Assembly: GCF_963921235.1 (NCBI RefSeq)
Contig: NC_086097.1
Coordinates: 185,382,001 to 185,446,000 of the forward strand
Reading direction: 5' to 3'
Source of the DNA: Mobula hypostoma
Taxonomy: Eukaryota
DNA length: 64,000 nucleotides
Shown in pieces: positions 10,989 to 24,624 of this stretch (its first letter is position 1; every line of letters begins with the position of its first letter). The translations under genes were made by a program, and so were the position numbers. Below the pieces are notes generated by a model. That model ran no database searches. It was given only the letters and a program-made list of their open reading frames with translations, and had not been told where the DNA came from.

Positions 10989-13790
10989 AAGACCATAAGA
11001 CATAGAAACAAAATTAGGCCATCTGGCCCATCATATCTGCTCCACCATTCAATCATGGCTGACCTTTTTTTCCCCTCCTCAACCCCAGTTCCTGGCCTTC
11101 TTTCCCATTATCCATGTCCAATTAAGAACCTATCAATCTCTGTCTTAAATACACCCAACGACATGGCCTCCACAGCTGCCTGTGGTAATAAATTCCACAA
11201 ATTCACCACCCTCTGGCTAAAGAAATTTCTCCACATCTCTGTTTTGAAGGGGCATCTCTATCCTGAGGCAGTGACATCTTGTCCTAGATTTTCCCATCAT
11301 GGGAAACATCCTTTCCGCATCTACCCTGTTTAGACCTTTCAACATTCGAAAGGTTTCAATGAGATTCCCCCATCTCACCCCCATCCTTCTGAATTCTAGC
11401 GAGTACAGACCCAGAGGCATCAAACGTTCCTCATATAATAACCCTTTCATTCCTGGAATCATCCTTGTGAACCTCCTCTGGACCCTCTCCAATGCCAGCA
11501 CATCCTTTCTAAGATGAGGGGCCCAAAGATGTTCACAATACTCAAGGTGAGACCTCACCAGTGCCTTCTAAAGCTTCAGCATCAGATCCTTGTATTCTAA
11601 GATCTCTTGAAATGAATGTTAACATGGCATTTGCCTTCCTCACCACCGACTTGACCTACAACTTAACATTTAGGGTGATCTACACAAGGACTCCCAAGTC
11701 CCTTTGCATCTCAGATTTTTGGATTTTCTCCCTATTTAGAAAATAGTCTGCACATTTATTTCTACTACCAAAGTGCATGACCATGCTTTTTCCAACATAA
11801 TATTTCATTTGCCACTTCCTTGCCCATTCTCCTAATCTGTCTAAGTCCTTCTGCATCCTACTTGTTTCCTCAACACTACCTGCCTCTCCACTAACCCTCG
11901 TATCAGCTCCTTCCGATTTAGTTTGGCCAACTCCTCTCTCATCCCACTGTAATTTTCCTTACTCCACTAAATACTGTTACATCAACTTTACTTTCTCCCT
12001 CTCAAATTTCAAGTTGAACACTATCATATTGTGATCACTGGTTCCTAATGGTTCTTTTACCTTCAGCTTCCTAATTGGCTCCGGTTCATTACAGAATCAG
12101 AATCAGATTTATTATCACCGGCAGGTGACATGAAATTTGTTAACACAGCAGCAGCAGTTCAATGCAATACATAATTGAGTGGAGAGAGAGAAAAAAAAAT
12201 CAATAAAATAAAACATAATAATAAATAAACAAGTAAATCAATTAGGTGTATTGAACAGATTTTTAAAAATTGTGCAAAAACAGAACTACAGTATATTAAA
12301 AAAAAGTGAGGTAGTGTCCAAAGCTTCAATGCCCATTTAGGAATCGGATGGCAGAGGGGAAGAAGCTGTTCCTGAATCGCTGAGTGTGTGCCTTCAGGCT
12401 TCTGTATCTCCTACCTGATGATAACAGTGAGAAAAGGACATGCCCAGCGTGCTTGATATCCTTATTAATGGACACTACTTTTCAGAGACACCACTCCCTG
12501 AGGGTGTCCTGGGTGCTTTGTAGGCTAGTACCCAAGATGGAGCTGACTAGATTTACAACCTTCTGCAGCTTCTTTCACTCCTGTGCAGTAGCCCCTCCAT
12601 ACCACACAGTGATGCAGTCTATCAGAATGCTCTCCACGGTACAACTATAGAAGTTTTTGAGTGTACTTGTTGACATGCCAAATCTCTTCAAACTCCTAAT
12701 AAAGTATAGCCGCTGTCTTGCCTTCTTTATAACTACATCGATATGTTGGGACCAGGTTAGATCCTCAGAGATCTTGACACCAAGGAACTCGAAGCTGCTC
12801 ACTCTCTCCACTTCTGATCCCTCTATGAGGATTGGTATGTGTTCCTTTGTCTTACCCTTCCTGAAGTCCACAATCAGCTCTTTCCTCTTACTGACGTTGA
12901 GTGCCAGGTTGTTGCTGCGGTATAGCTGATTCCCCAGTAGGCTCAACCATCCTTCAGCCACGATTCAGTGATGGCCACGACATCATACCTGGCAATCTGT
13001 AATACTGCAATAGGATCATCCACCTTATTTCATATACTATGCACACTTAGATACAACACAGTGAGTACCGTATTTGCTATTCTGATTCTGCATCCCTAAT
13101 GATTTGATACTCAGCTTGTTGGCTGCAACTATGTCCCATTATCTGCCTGCCCTTCCTGTCAGTCTGACTGCACACTATCTTTACTTTTTTACCATGGGTC
13201 CTATCCTGTGTCCCTTCACTCCGGTTCCCACCCACCCCCCACCCCCCGCCAAGTTAGTTTAAACCCTCCCCAACAGCTCCAAAAAACCTGCCCGCAAGAA
13301 TATTGGTCCCCCTCGAGTTCAGGTGCAACCTGTCACTTTTGAACAGGTCATATCTCCCCCAGAAGAGATCCCAATTATCCAAGAACCTAAAGCCCTGCCC
13401 CCTGCACCAGCTTCTCAGCCACACATTTATCCTATTTCTACCCTCACTGGCGCCTGGCACAGGCAGCAATCCAGAAATTACAACCCGGGAGGCTCTGCAT
13501 CTCAGCTTGCTACCTCGCTCTCTCAATTCTCTTTTCAGGACCTCATTGCATTTCCTTCCTGTGCCATTGGTACCAATATGCACCAAGACATCTGGCTGCT
13601 CCCCCTCCCTCTCCAACACGTTGTGGACACGATCTGAGATGTCCCTGGCCCCTGGGAGGAACATATCATCCGGGTGTCCCATTCACGTCCTGTAGAAAAG
13701 TCGATGTCTTTTCTACTCAATGGATGAACCTTAGTGAGCTATGTCTTCTCACGCTTCCGATCACCGATTGGCTGCTGCTCAAAACATGAA
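10989..13790 (-). mobile_element. CR1 LINE, internally deleted (3' end at ~10989; ORF1 SGNH domain 13254-13682)
   Basis: RT C-terminus RSHLEYCEHLWAPHLRKDVLALERVQRRFTRMIPG. ORF1 LPGARDISDRV..VLVHIGTNG..DRLHLNSRGTNILAG. Interrupted by a Rex1 insertion at 12092-12920. Confidence 0.88.
12092..12920 (-). mobile_element. Rex1/Babar-type LINE 3' fragment nested in CR1
   Basis: ORF 12575-12961 reads NNLALNVSKRKELIVDFRK..FEFLGVKISEDLTWSQHI..KKARQRLYFIRSLK. (ATTCTG)n tail at ~12092-12107. Confidence 0.88.
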
Positions 13791-14694
13791 ATATGAACCA
13801 TTCTTAAAAAACTAATTAATTTTATTTCCTCTTTTCCCTCAAATTTCCCAATATTTAATTAATTTATTATTTTGCTATTAATCATCTGTTATATTTTATA
13901 CTTGTTTTTGTTTTGCTCATTGTGTGCACTCATTCAGTCCTGATTATTTTCTTTTGACCAATGATAACTTCAAGGAAATGTTCTTCTGCATTATTGCCTG
14001 TTTGAAATGATGATGACGGAGGACTTGTAGTGAATATCATTGCTGATCTGTGGTTCTGTTTTTACTGTAAAACAGAAGGGCACAAGATAAGTACACATGA
14101 CTATTTTCCCTTCCAACTCTTTTGTAAGATGCTTGTCTTTTTATCAAGCTGGAGGGGAGATACTACTAATATGTACACTTTGTTTATATATGTTATTTGA
14201 CAGTCAATTCAATCCCCTCTGGTTTATCAAACCTTTTCACATTTAATCTTTATACACTTTCACACACATTTCCCTCAGCTTCTTGTAGCAGTGAGTGCCT
14301 ATCTAAATTGTTCTGTTCTTTCATAAATTTAAACAATTCTCTGGTTCTTGTAATGTGCATTGTTCTAATGGAACAGTCCAGGTTCCTCAAAAGCGGGAGC
14401 ATGCTACAAAATTTGTATTTCTCCCCTCTTTAATGCTTTGATGTTTTCATAAAGTGAAGCTGAACACTAAACATATATTCTGCTAAGATCTTTCTATAAT
14501 TTTACACTCTCATGACTCTCATTAGCTCTTGCCTTTTGTGTTCATTAAGGGTTAAAACAGAAAGTCTCTGAGAACAGCAATCAACATCATTATCTGAAGA
14601 TGAGTTGGTCCGCACTCAACAATTTCGGAAATTGTCGAATTTGTATGGAATCTTCATTAAAATAATTTTTACATCCCACCAGGTGAAACATGCA

Positions 14695-15077
14695 TTTTTT
14701 AATTTTAAAAATATTCTTTATTCATAATATACAGAAAATATGAATAGTATATTCATTGCACCATCAAATCAATACATTTTTTTACAATGTGTCCTTAAAC
14801 AACATAGAAGTGTTTGCGAGACTGCTGCCACAAGTAATCAGTCCCTAAGTATCCACTGGGACATGAGCATTGGTGGTGATTCTCCCCAGCAGAGACTTTG
14901 TGATGGCTGTATCAAGTCTCAGTGCATCGTTCCTGAACACTGGAATGCACAGTTGGCAGCATTCACTACAAACATCTCTTTACACTTGGAAGGCACACAG
15001 GTCTTGGGCAGACCAAGAGCATCTTTTCCCTAGCTGATGGACTCCCAGAAGCAGATGATGTTTGTCTCAGTATGTTA
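14695..15077 (-). mobile_element. Degenerate Tx1/L1-clade LINE 3' end
   Basis: Minus strand gives HTETNIICFW..KDAL..ECCQL..DALRL-like pieces resembling Tx1-type ORF2 C-termini, then AATAAA and an A-rich end near 14700. Confidence 0.55.
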
Positions 15078-15747
15078 ACCATGCTTGTATCTGCCTGACT
15101 GCAAAGTAGGGTATCTCCCTTCATGAGTGACTAGCTAGTGCGTGGTCTTTAATTCAGACTGCACCTCTTAATGAACAGACGTGTTCCGACTACAGCAGAC
15201 AGTGGAACTTACTAAGGAGGTGTTTGCACTTGTCAAGAGTCTCAGGGCATAACATGAGAGACAGTGAGCTCCAAGATTTTTCCTGATGGAAGTCCTGGCA
15301 AAGGAAATGGGAAGCAGAAGATATAAATTGTATCTATCTGTGGACCAAGAAACCTAAAAGATACTGTCATAGAATGCCTTGAGGATATGGCTAATGAATG
15401 GTCAGAGAATGCATATTTAAATGTTCCATCACACTGGGCATTCCTCTGTTTCATTCCATTTGTGATCAAAACTCATTGTCTAACCCTTAATACAATTAAG
15501 CTGCATGTTACTTAACTAGCCAATTCATTTAATAATCTGTGTGTTTACTCTTATAGTATAATACGTTCAGCCCAAAATATTATCCTTTCCAATGCTGTTT
15601 GTTCTATAAAATAAGATTTAAAATATCTGTCTATAATTTAATAGAATCGTCTGGAAGTTTCAACATCAGATATGTCTATAAACAAAGTACCATGTCCCCA
15701 TCAACCAACATTCTCAAACAATCAGATACCTAACCTGCATGTGCTTC

Positions 15748-17560
15748 ACCATAAGATCATAACCTATCGGAGCAGAATTAGGCCAATCGGCCCATTGAGA
15801 CTACTCCGCCATTTCATCATGGCCAATCTCAGCCCCTCCCCATTTTCCCTCTCAGCCCCAATCTCCTACCTGCTCCCCGTGTCCCTTCATGCCCTAACTA
15901 ATCAAGAATCTATCAACCTCTGCCTTAGATATACCCAATTATTTGGCTTCCACAGCCACCTGTGGCAATATTTCTACAGGTTCACCACTCTTTTGCTGAA
16001 GAAATTCCCCCTCATCTCCATTCTAAATGGACGTCCTTCTATTCTGAGGCTCTGTTCTCTGGTATTAGACTCTCCCACCAGAGGAGACATCTTTTTCTCA
16101 TCGAGGTATTTCAACATTCGATATGTTTCAATGAGGTCACCCCTCATTCTTTTGAATTCCAGTGAGTAGAGACCCAGAGTCATCAAAAACTCCTTATATA
16201 GAAAATCTTTCAATCCCAGAATCATTTTCATGAACCTTCTTTCAACCCTTTCCAATGTCAGCACATCCTTTCTCAAATAAAGGGCCTAAACCTGCTCACA
16301 ATAATCCAAGAGAAGCCTTACCAGTCTTTATAAACCCTAACATTATATCCTTGCTTTTATATTCTACTCCTCTCAAAATGAATGCTAATATATTTTCCTT
16401 CTTTGCCACTGACTCAACCTGAAAATTACCCATTTAGGGAATCCTTCATGAGAACTCCCAAGACCCTCTGTACCTCAGACTTTTGTATTTTCTCTCCATT
16501 TTGGAAATAGTCTACACTTTTATTTTTTCTACTAAAGTGCATGACCATACGTTTCCTGACACTGTATTTTCTGCCATTTCTTTGCCCATTCTCCTAATCT
16601 GTCTAAGTCCTCCTGTAGCTTCTCTACTTTCTCAAAACTGCCTGCCCCTCCACCTTTCTTTGTATCATCCGCAAACCTAGCCACAAATTCATCAATTCTG
16701 CTTCCAAATCATTGACATATAACGTAAAAAGAAGCGGTCACAACACAGACCTCTGTGGAACATCACTAGTCACAAGTAGCCATCCCTTTGTTCCCACTCC
16801 TTGCCTCCTGCTAATTAGCCATTGCTTTACCATGCACTCTTAACTTGTTAAGCAGCCTTATGTGTGGAACTTTGTCAAAGGCCTTTTGAAAATCTAAGTG
16901 CACAAAATCCATCAATTCTCCTTTGTCTACCCTGCTTTTTCTTTCTTCAAAGAATTCCAACAGATCTGTCGGGCGAGATTTTCCCTTAAGGACACCATAC
17001 TTATTTTATCATGTGCCTCCAAGTACGCCAAAACCACATCCTTAACAATCAACTCCAACATCTTCCCAATCACTAAGGTCAAACTAACCGGCCAATAACT
17101 TCCTTTCTTCTGCCTCTTTCCCTTCTTGAAGAGTGGAATGACATTTTTCAATTTTCCACTCCTCTGGAACTATGCCAGAATCAATGCCTCCACACTTTTT
17201 CACCCAACTCTTTCAGAACCCTTGCGTGTATACCATCCAGTTCAGGTGACTTATCTACCTTCAGGCCTTTCAGTTTCCCAAGAACCTCCTCCCTAGCAAT
17301 GGGAACTTCACACACTTCTGCCCCCTCACGTTCTTGAACTTCTGACGTACTATTGTCTTTCACAGTGAAAACTGATGCAAAATATTTATTCAGTTCATCC
17401 ACCATTTTCTTGTCCCCTATTACTACCTCTCCAGCATCATTTTCCAGCGGTCTGATATCTACTTCTTGCCTCCCTTTTACACTTTATGTATCTGAAGAAA
17501 CTTTTGGTATCCTCTTTAATATTATTGGCAAGCTCACCTTCATGTTCCATCTTCTCCTTC
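15748..17560 (-). mobile_element. CR1 LINE 3' part (RT), decayed
   Basis: RKDVLTLERVERRFMKMILG..RGDLIETYRML, NVIPLFKKGKRQKKGSYWPVSLT, and LNKYFASVFT..LKVDKSPELDGIHARVLKE. Confidence 0.88.
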
Positions 17561-17827
17561 AACACACCCTCATAGACTGAGCATTGCCACAAACCTCAAA
17601 GTTCTGAAGACTACATGAAAGGACTGTGGGCAAGTGAAGATAATGGTATGCTTAAATTGTGCCCTCCTTTTCACATCTCATCCAACAACATCTTCTGACA
17701 TACTGCTACAACTATTGTAAGCGTGCTGTTTTCTACCCCAGCCACATATGGTAACTTTACAATTGTGCTTTCAAAGGTAAAGTGATGAGGAAAGAGCAGT
17801 AAAGAATATATCTTATTCCCTGATGTG

Positions 17828-18764
17828 CAGTGCCTATAAGAAGTATTCACCCCCCCACCAGAAGTTTTCATCTTTTATTGTTTTACAACATTGAATAACA
17901 GTGGATTTAATTTGGCTTTTTTTTTGCACTGATCAACAGAAAAAAAGACTTTCATGTCAAAGTGAAAACTGATTTCTACAAAGTGACCTAATTTAATTAC
18001 AAGTATAAAACACAAAATAAATGATTGCATAAGTATTCATTCCCCCCCCCCTTTAATATGACACACTAAATCATCACTGGTGCAGCCAATTGGGTTTGGA
18101 AGTCACATAATTAATTAAATGGAGATCACCTGTGTGCAGTTGAGGTGTTTCAATTGATTGTAGTACAAATACACCTGTAAGCTGAAGGTATAACTGCTGG
18201 TGAGTCAGGATCCTGACAAAAACTCCACCATGAAGACAAAAGAACATTTCAAGTAACCTTGTGTAAAGGTTATTAAAAAGCACAAGTTAGGAGATAGATG
18301 CAAGAAAATTTCTAAGTCACAGAATATTCCTTTGAATACAGTTAAGTCAGTCATCAAGAAATGGAAAGAATATGGCACAGCTGTAAATCTGCCTAGAGCA
18401 GGCTGTCCTCAAAAACTCAGTGACTGTGCAATAAAGTGGTATTGTAAAGAAAAATGGGGGAAAAACTGAAGAGTCTAGATGGGCAAAGCTGATGGAGACC
18501 TATCCACACAGACTAAAGGCTGTCATTGCTGCCAAAGGTACATCTACAAAATACTGACTTGAAGGGGGTGAGTAATTGTGCAATTAATTATTTTGTGCTT
18601 AATAATGGTGATAAATTTAGACTAAATTGTAGAAATTTTTTCACTTTACATGAAAGCCTTTTGTTGATCAGTGTCAAAAAAGCCACATTAAAAACACTGA
18701 TCTAATGTTGCAAAATATGAAAACTTCTGTGGGGGGGTAGAGTGATTAATTTTTATAGGCACTG
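17828..18764 (+). mobile_element. Tc1/mariner transposon, internally deleted
   Basis: Long imperfect TIRs CAGTGCCTATAA...TTATAGGCACTG, with TA on the right. Transposase N-terminus MKTKEH..KKISKSQNIPLNTVKSVIKKWKEYGTAVNLPRAGCPQKLS is joined to the C-terminus LMETYPHRLKAVIAAKG. Confidence 0.9.
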
Positions 18765-19246
18765 TACTATAATAGATACTCCATAAGTCAGATACTAACA
18801 CTGAGTAAGTTAGGGTTTTAACTAGGATGGGATCTGCATTATGCATTGGCTTCACCACAATGGATCAAACTATCTTTTTCTCATTAGGAGAAGTGCTTTA
18901 GCTAAGTCCATCAAGTCAATGGAGAGTAAAGACAGATTGCAGCTGGCTACAAATGTCTGTCCAATTGGGACTCTTTTTTAAAACAGTTTTCTTTTGTGGT
19001 CTCATTCCTAGTAGATTCATCACAGGTGGGCTTTTATGATCCCTAAATTTTTTGAAAATACCGCAAGAAAAGCTTTTCTGTCTTGTATCATTATGCAATT
19101 ACTAGTATCAATTTCCCCAAGCCACAATTTGTTTGTGCAGAATATAGATATTTTACTTTTTTTGGTGAGAGGAGCCTTGGTTTTTACTGTAGTTATGGTC
19201 TCTTGTATTTCCATTTCTGTGATCAAACTTGTTTTAAAACTGACAA

Positions 19247-19318
19247 CAGGAATTCTGCAGATGCTGGAAATTCAAGCAATGCCCATCAAAGTTGCTGGTG
19301 AACTTTGATGTGTGTTGC
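19247..19318. mobile_element. Miniature inverted Penelope-like insertion (pLTR ends only)
   Basis: Matches the termini of 58556-59225. Internal inverted repeat AAGCAATGCCCATCAAAGTT/AACTTTGATGTGTGTTGCTT. 14-bp TSD TTTAAAACTGACAA (19233-19246, 19319-19332). Confidence 0.8.
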
Positions 19319-20649
19319 TTTAAAACTGACAATAGGTCTAGAACCCTGTTATTCAACTAATTGAATTGTATTATAATCTAAAGTATAATATCTTCAGCTA
19401 TAAATTTCAATCTTGCCAAAGGTCTATATTAGAATAATTAAGAAACACATAACCTAATTCCAGATTGCAACAACTACAACAGTGATCTTGTCAAGTCCAT
19501 ATGAAGACATGCAAACTTTGCCTAATAGCTTAAGGGCTTGAAGTAATATCTAATACAGTTGTATGGTGAATAGCACATGACACAGTACTAGAAAACTTGG
19601 GCTCTAATACAGGATACCAAACATAATTTTATTTTAGTGTTTAAAGGGTCCAGTAGTGCAGTATGAAACATCTAAAGATTGAGTCAACAGTATTTTAGTT
19701 GGAATTCCTAAAAAGAATCAATTTCATTCACAGAATAGATAGATCTCTTTAAAGTAAACATTTAACTCCATTTTAAATGTCATCTGACTGGACAATTCAT
19801 AAGTACTTTAATTGTTTAATTTAATAGATTGTTACTGTTTTGCAGGGACACCTGTTTGCAATTAATCAAATAACTGATTGCTTGTTCTTACTGATATTTA
19901 TCACCTGAATTGCAGCAGTAATTTAAAGTGGAGAATTAAAGTTTATTGCATAAACTGCAGCCAAATGTTTTTCATTATCATAAAACAGAATACAAGTATT
20001 AATCTATGAAGGATTGATTTCTGGCAAAAGTCCAACTATAGTTGCATCTTGCTGTTATGGCTACATTGGGTAGTATTCAATCTCTTGACAGATGTGTGTA
20101 TACCTCTATATTTAAGACCAGCATACTCTTGCCCAGAGTATTTAACTATTTAACTTATAAGAGTCCAATTACACTTTGAAATATAGTTGGAATTTAACTC
20201 CAGCAGCTTATTAAAGTAGCTTCCCACTGGTTAACCAAGTAGAACCATCCTTTCTGTTAAGTCAGTTATCTGTAACTGAATAGGAAAAAAGCCTGCTCAT
20301 ACTGACAGGTCAAGTCCAGATTCCAGCAATGAACAACATTTATAGGTCAATCAGTAAGTCTTAGAAAATTCTTGTGCCATCTGGTTTTGCACTGATCTGC
20401 TGACTGTCATTTTTCATTGGAATTCCAGTAGAGAATATGCATTGGTCAAATGGGAAATGTTGGCATATGTACATTGTCAATTTGATGCAATAAAGTTGTT
20501 AAATTGGCTAGGTTGGATGATGCAGAGCATATGCACCATATTGTGAAGACTAAATAACCCATAGCCATTAGTCAGTACAGGATGCATATGAAATTGGGGA
20601 TTCCTCATGACCATGATATCAGCAACCAGGAATCACCAATTGCACATGG

Positions 20650-22690
20650 TACATAGAAAAGTACAGCACTGAACTGGTCATTGAACACTGATCCACAATG
20701 TTGTTCTGATTTTTAAAACCAGTTTATATTAAATGTCCTCCTCCTGTTTATCAACCATATCCTTCTATTCCTTTCATAATCATGTGTATATCTAAAAGGC
20801 TCTTAAACTCCACCATATTGATGGAATCCACTACCCCGGTAACCCATTCCACCTGCGTTTGCATGAGGGGGAAAAAACTTGTCCATCACATTGCTATTAA
20901 ACTTCCTGCCCACAGTCTGTCTTCTACATGCACACACGCATATCATCTGGTGACTTTTTTTAATCCTGGGAAAAGATTTTGACTGTCTATCCTGTCAAAC
21001 CTCATAATTTTAGAAACCCCTATCAGGTGTTCATTCAGCCTTCAATGTTTTAAGGAGAACAATGTGAGTTTGTCCTGGCTGTTCTTCTAATCCAGGCAGC
21101 ATCCTGGTAAACCTTTTCTACACCTTCCCCACAATCACCACATCCTTCCTATGGTCAGGCAATTAGAACTGCACGCAATACCCCAAGTCTGGTCTGACAC
21201 ATGTTTTACATAGCTGCAGTATGAATTCCTTACTCCTGTACTCAACACTGGTACCAATGAAAGCAAGAACTCCATATGCTGCCTTTACCATCTTGAACTT
21301 TTGCATAACCACTTTCAGTGAACTGAGCTTTGACCCCACAATCCCTCAATGCTTTAAGGGGCCTACCATTAGCTGCATACTTTCTCCTTCCGTTTGGCCT
21401 CAAAGTGCAGTACCTCACATTTGTCAGGATTACACTCCATCTTCCATTTCTCTGTCCATGATTTGTATCCCACTGTACCCCAGGATAGACCTCAGCTGCT
21501 TGCTCTGACTCGGGCACAAAGTCCCTTCTTTATCCTTGAGTGGACTTGCACTCACTTTAGTTGGCCTCTGTTCCTTAATATGAGTATAAAATACCTTGGG
21601 ATGTTCCTTGACCCTGCTCATGAAGGACATTCCATTGTCCCTTTTGGCTGTAGTAATCACCTACTTCAGCATTCTCCTGTTGTATTTATATCCTACAAGG
21701 ACCCACCCTAATTTTTAGCTTCCCAAACCTTACATATGCTTCCATTTCCTTCCTGACTAAACTTGGGACCTCTTGGCTCATCTAAGATTCCCTTGCCTTA
21801 CCATCCTTGTCCTTATTCATTACCAGAATGTGACGATCCTGAACTCTGTAGCTGGTCTTTAATCAACTCCAATCTGGATTTATCTTGCAACAGGTGCTCC
21901 TAACCAAAACCCTTTAGCTCCTGTTTTACCCTGCCATAATTTGCCCACCCATAATTTAGTACCTATACACAAAGATCCAATCCATCTTGAAACATAATGA
22001 ACTGTTGCTATTCCCAAAATGGTCTGTAATCTGGCCAGACTCATTTCCCAAGACCAAGTCCGTTGTGCTCTCTCCTCCAGTTGGACTCAGTACTGTACAT
22101 ACTGTTGTTTTTGGAAGAGCCCCTCTGTATGCACTGAAGAAAGCCTTCCCTAGTAAACCCTTTTGTATTGAGAAAATTGCAATCAATACTAGTAAGTTAA
22201 AGACCACATTATGACAACCCTCTTATTTCTTCACTTTTCCATAATCTGTCTATGTATTTGTTCCTCCATGTTTTCTTATCTTTTGGCGGGTGGGGGGACT
22301 ATTGTTTAATCACATCAACAAAATTGCACCTACCCTTTTCCCCACCTATCTCCACCTAAATTGCCTCTGTAGATGAACCCTCTAGTGTCCCCTCTAAATA
22401 TTGTGACATTTTCCCTCATAAGCACAACCCCTTCAACTTTTTTTATCTTCATCTCTATCCCAAAGAAATCCAGGAACATTCAGCAGCCATTCCCGTACCT
22501 CATGCATTGTGGTCTCTGTAGTGCCAACAACATCATAATTCTGTATACCAATCCAGGTTCTCAGTTCACCCACCTTATCCATAATATTCCTAGCATTGGA
22601 ATAAACACACTTTATTCCACCAGACCCAACATGTGCCTGACCCTTACTCTCCTTTCCTGTATTCTTTATTGTTTTGACATGTATCCCTGT
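20650..22690 (-). mobile_element. Old CR1 LINE, heavily decayed
   Basis: CR1-type 3' end (ACATAGAAAAGTACAGCAC on +). Pieces SRVKEHPKVFYTHIK and TDLVLGNESGQITDH. Confidence 0.7.
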
Positions 22691-22974
22691 GGGTCATTTC
22701 CACGAGAGAATAACAACAGATGAAGCTGCTGATAAAAGTGAAGGGAGCAAAGTCTCCTCTCTGCTCAGGGGAGGAAATTGCACATGAGGACTCACTCAGA
22801 ATGTGGAGGCGATGACTAGGAGCTACAAGGTGGTAGTCATATCTGACTTCCAGGAGGCAGGTATATGTTTCAAAGGGATTCAGCTCATCTTGTAAACTCT
22901 ATTTGATCCAAATTGTCCTCGCATCACTATTCTTCCAGAGAGACAGTGATAGGAGAATTTGGATCAAGTAGAGT

Positions 22975-23195
22975 TTAGCCGAAGAGTGGTGAATCTGTAA
23001 TTCTTTGCCACAGGCAGCTGTGGAGGCCAAGTCTCTGTTTAAGGCAGAGGTTAGTAGATTCTTGATTGGTCAGGGCATGAAGGGATACAGGGAGAAGGCA
23101 GAAGACTGGGGCTGAGAGGAAAATTGGATCAGCCATGATGAAATTGCAAAGCAAACTTGATAGGCCAAGTGGCCTATTTCTGCTCCTATATCTTA
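22975..23195 (+). mobile_element. CR1 3' end
   Basis: AGAGTGGTGAATCTGTAATTCTTTGCCACAG...GGCCTATTTCTGCTCCTATATCTT is the reverse complement of the CR1 3' ends at 10989, 15748, 41756 and 60692. Confidence 0.8.
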
Positions 23196-23256
23196 GTTTT
23201 CCACCCAAGGATTCAGTCTGGTGAATCTTCCCTACGCTATCTCTATAGTAAGTATA

Positions 23257-24624
23257 TAGTAATAGTCATACTTTATTGATCCTGGGGGAAATTGGTTTTC
23301 ATTACAGTTGCACCATAAATAATAATAGAACCATAAATAGTTAAATAGTAATATGTAAATTATGAAATAAGTCCTGGACTAGCCTATTGGCTCAGGGTGT
23401 CTGACCCTCCAGGGGAGGAGTTGTAAAGTTTGATGGCCACAGGCAGGAATGACTTCCTATGATGCTCTGCGTTGCATCTCGGTGGAATGAGTCTCTGGCT
23501 GAATATATTCCTGTGCCCAACCAGTACATTATGTAGTGGGTGGGAGACATTGACCAAGATGGCATGCAACTTAGACAGCATCCTCTTTTCAGACACCACC
23601 GTGAGAGAGTCCAGTTCCATCCCCACAACATCACTAGCCTTACGAATGAGTTTGTTGATTCTGTTGGTATCTGCTACCCTCAGTCTGCTGCCCCAGCACA
23701 CAAGAGCAAACATGATAGCACTGGCCACCACAGACTTGTAGAACATCCTCAGCATTGTTCGGCAGATGTTAAAGGACCTCAGTCTCCTCAGGAAATAGAG
23801 ATGGCTCTGACCCTTCTTGTAGACAGCCTCAGTGTTCTTTGACCAGTCCAGTTTATTGTCAATTCATATCCCCAGGTATTTGTAATCCTCCACCATGTCC
23901 ACACTGACCCCCTGGATGGAAACAGGGGTCACCGACACCTTGGCTCTCCTCAGGTCTACCATCAGCTCTTGGTCTTTTTCACATTAAGCTGCAGATAATT
24001 CTGCTCATACCATGTGACAAAGTTTCCTATCGTAGCCCTGTACTCAACCTCATCTCCCTTGCTGATGCATCCAACTATGGCAAGAGTCATCCGAAAACTT
24101 CTGAAGATGACAAGACTCTGTGCAGTAGTTGAAGTCCGAGGTGTAAATGGTGACGAGAAAGGGAGACAAGACAGTCCCCTGTGGAGCCCCAGTGCTGCTG
24201 ATCACTCTGTCGGACACAGTGTTGCAAGCACACGTATTGTGGTCTGCCAGTCAGGTAATCAAGAATCCATGATACCAGGGAAGCATCCACCTGCATCGCT
24301 GCCAGCTTCTCCCCCAGCAGAGCAGGGTGGATGGTGTTGAACGCACTGGAGAAGTCAAAAAAACATGACCCTCACAGTGCTTGCTGGCTTGTCCAGGTGG
24401 GTGTAGACACAGTTCAGCAGGTAGATGATGGCATCCTCAACTCCTAGTTGGGGCTGGTAGGCGAACTGGAGGGAATCTAAGTGTGGCCTGACCATAGGCC
24501 GGAGCAGCTCCAGAACAAGTTTCTCCAGGGTCTTCATGATGTGGGAGGTCAATGCCACCAGTCTGTAGCCATTGAGGCCGCTGGGGTGTAGTGTCTTCGG
24601 CACAGGGACCAGGGAGGACGTCTT
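23257..24624 (-). mobile_element. Rex1/Babar-type LINE, 5'-truncated (RT)
   Basis: KTSSLVPVPK..YRLVALTSHIMKTLEKL..LQFAYQ..VRVMFF and MLRMFYKSVVASAIMFALVCWG. (CTATGA/CTATTA)-type tail at ~23257-23270. Same family as 388-1092. Confidence 0.92.

Noticed and set aside
14548..14690. Possible plus-strand exon (AG...CAG/GTGAAA)
   Set aside because: Stops in the frames from the candidate acceptor, and no recognisable protein.
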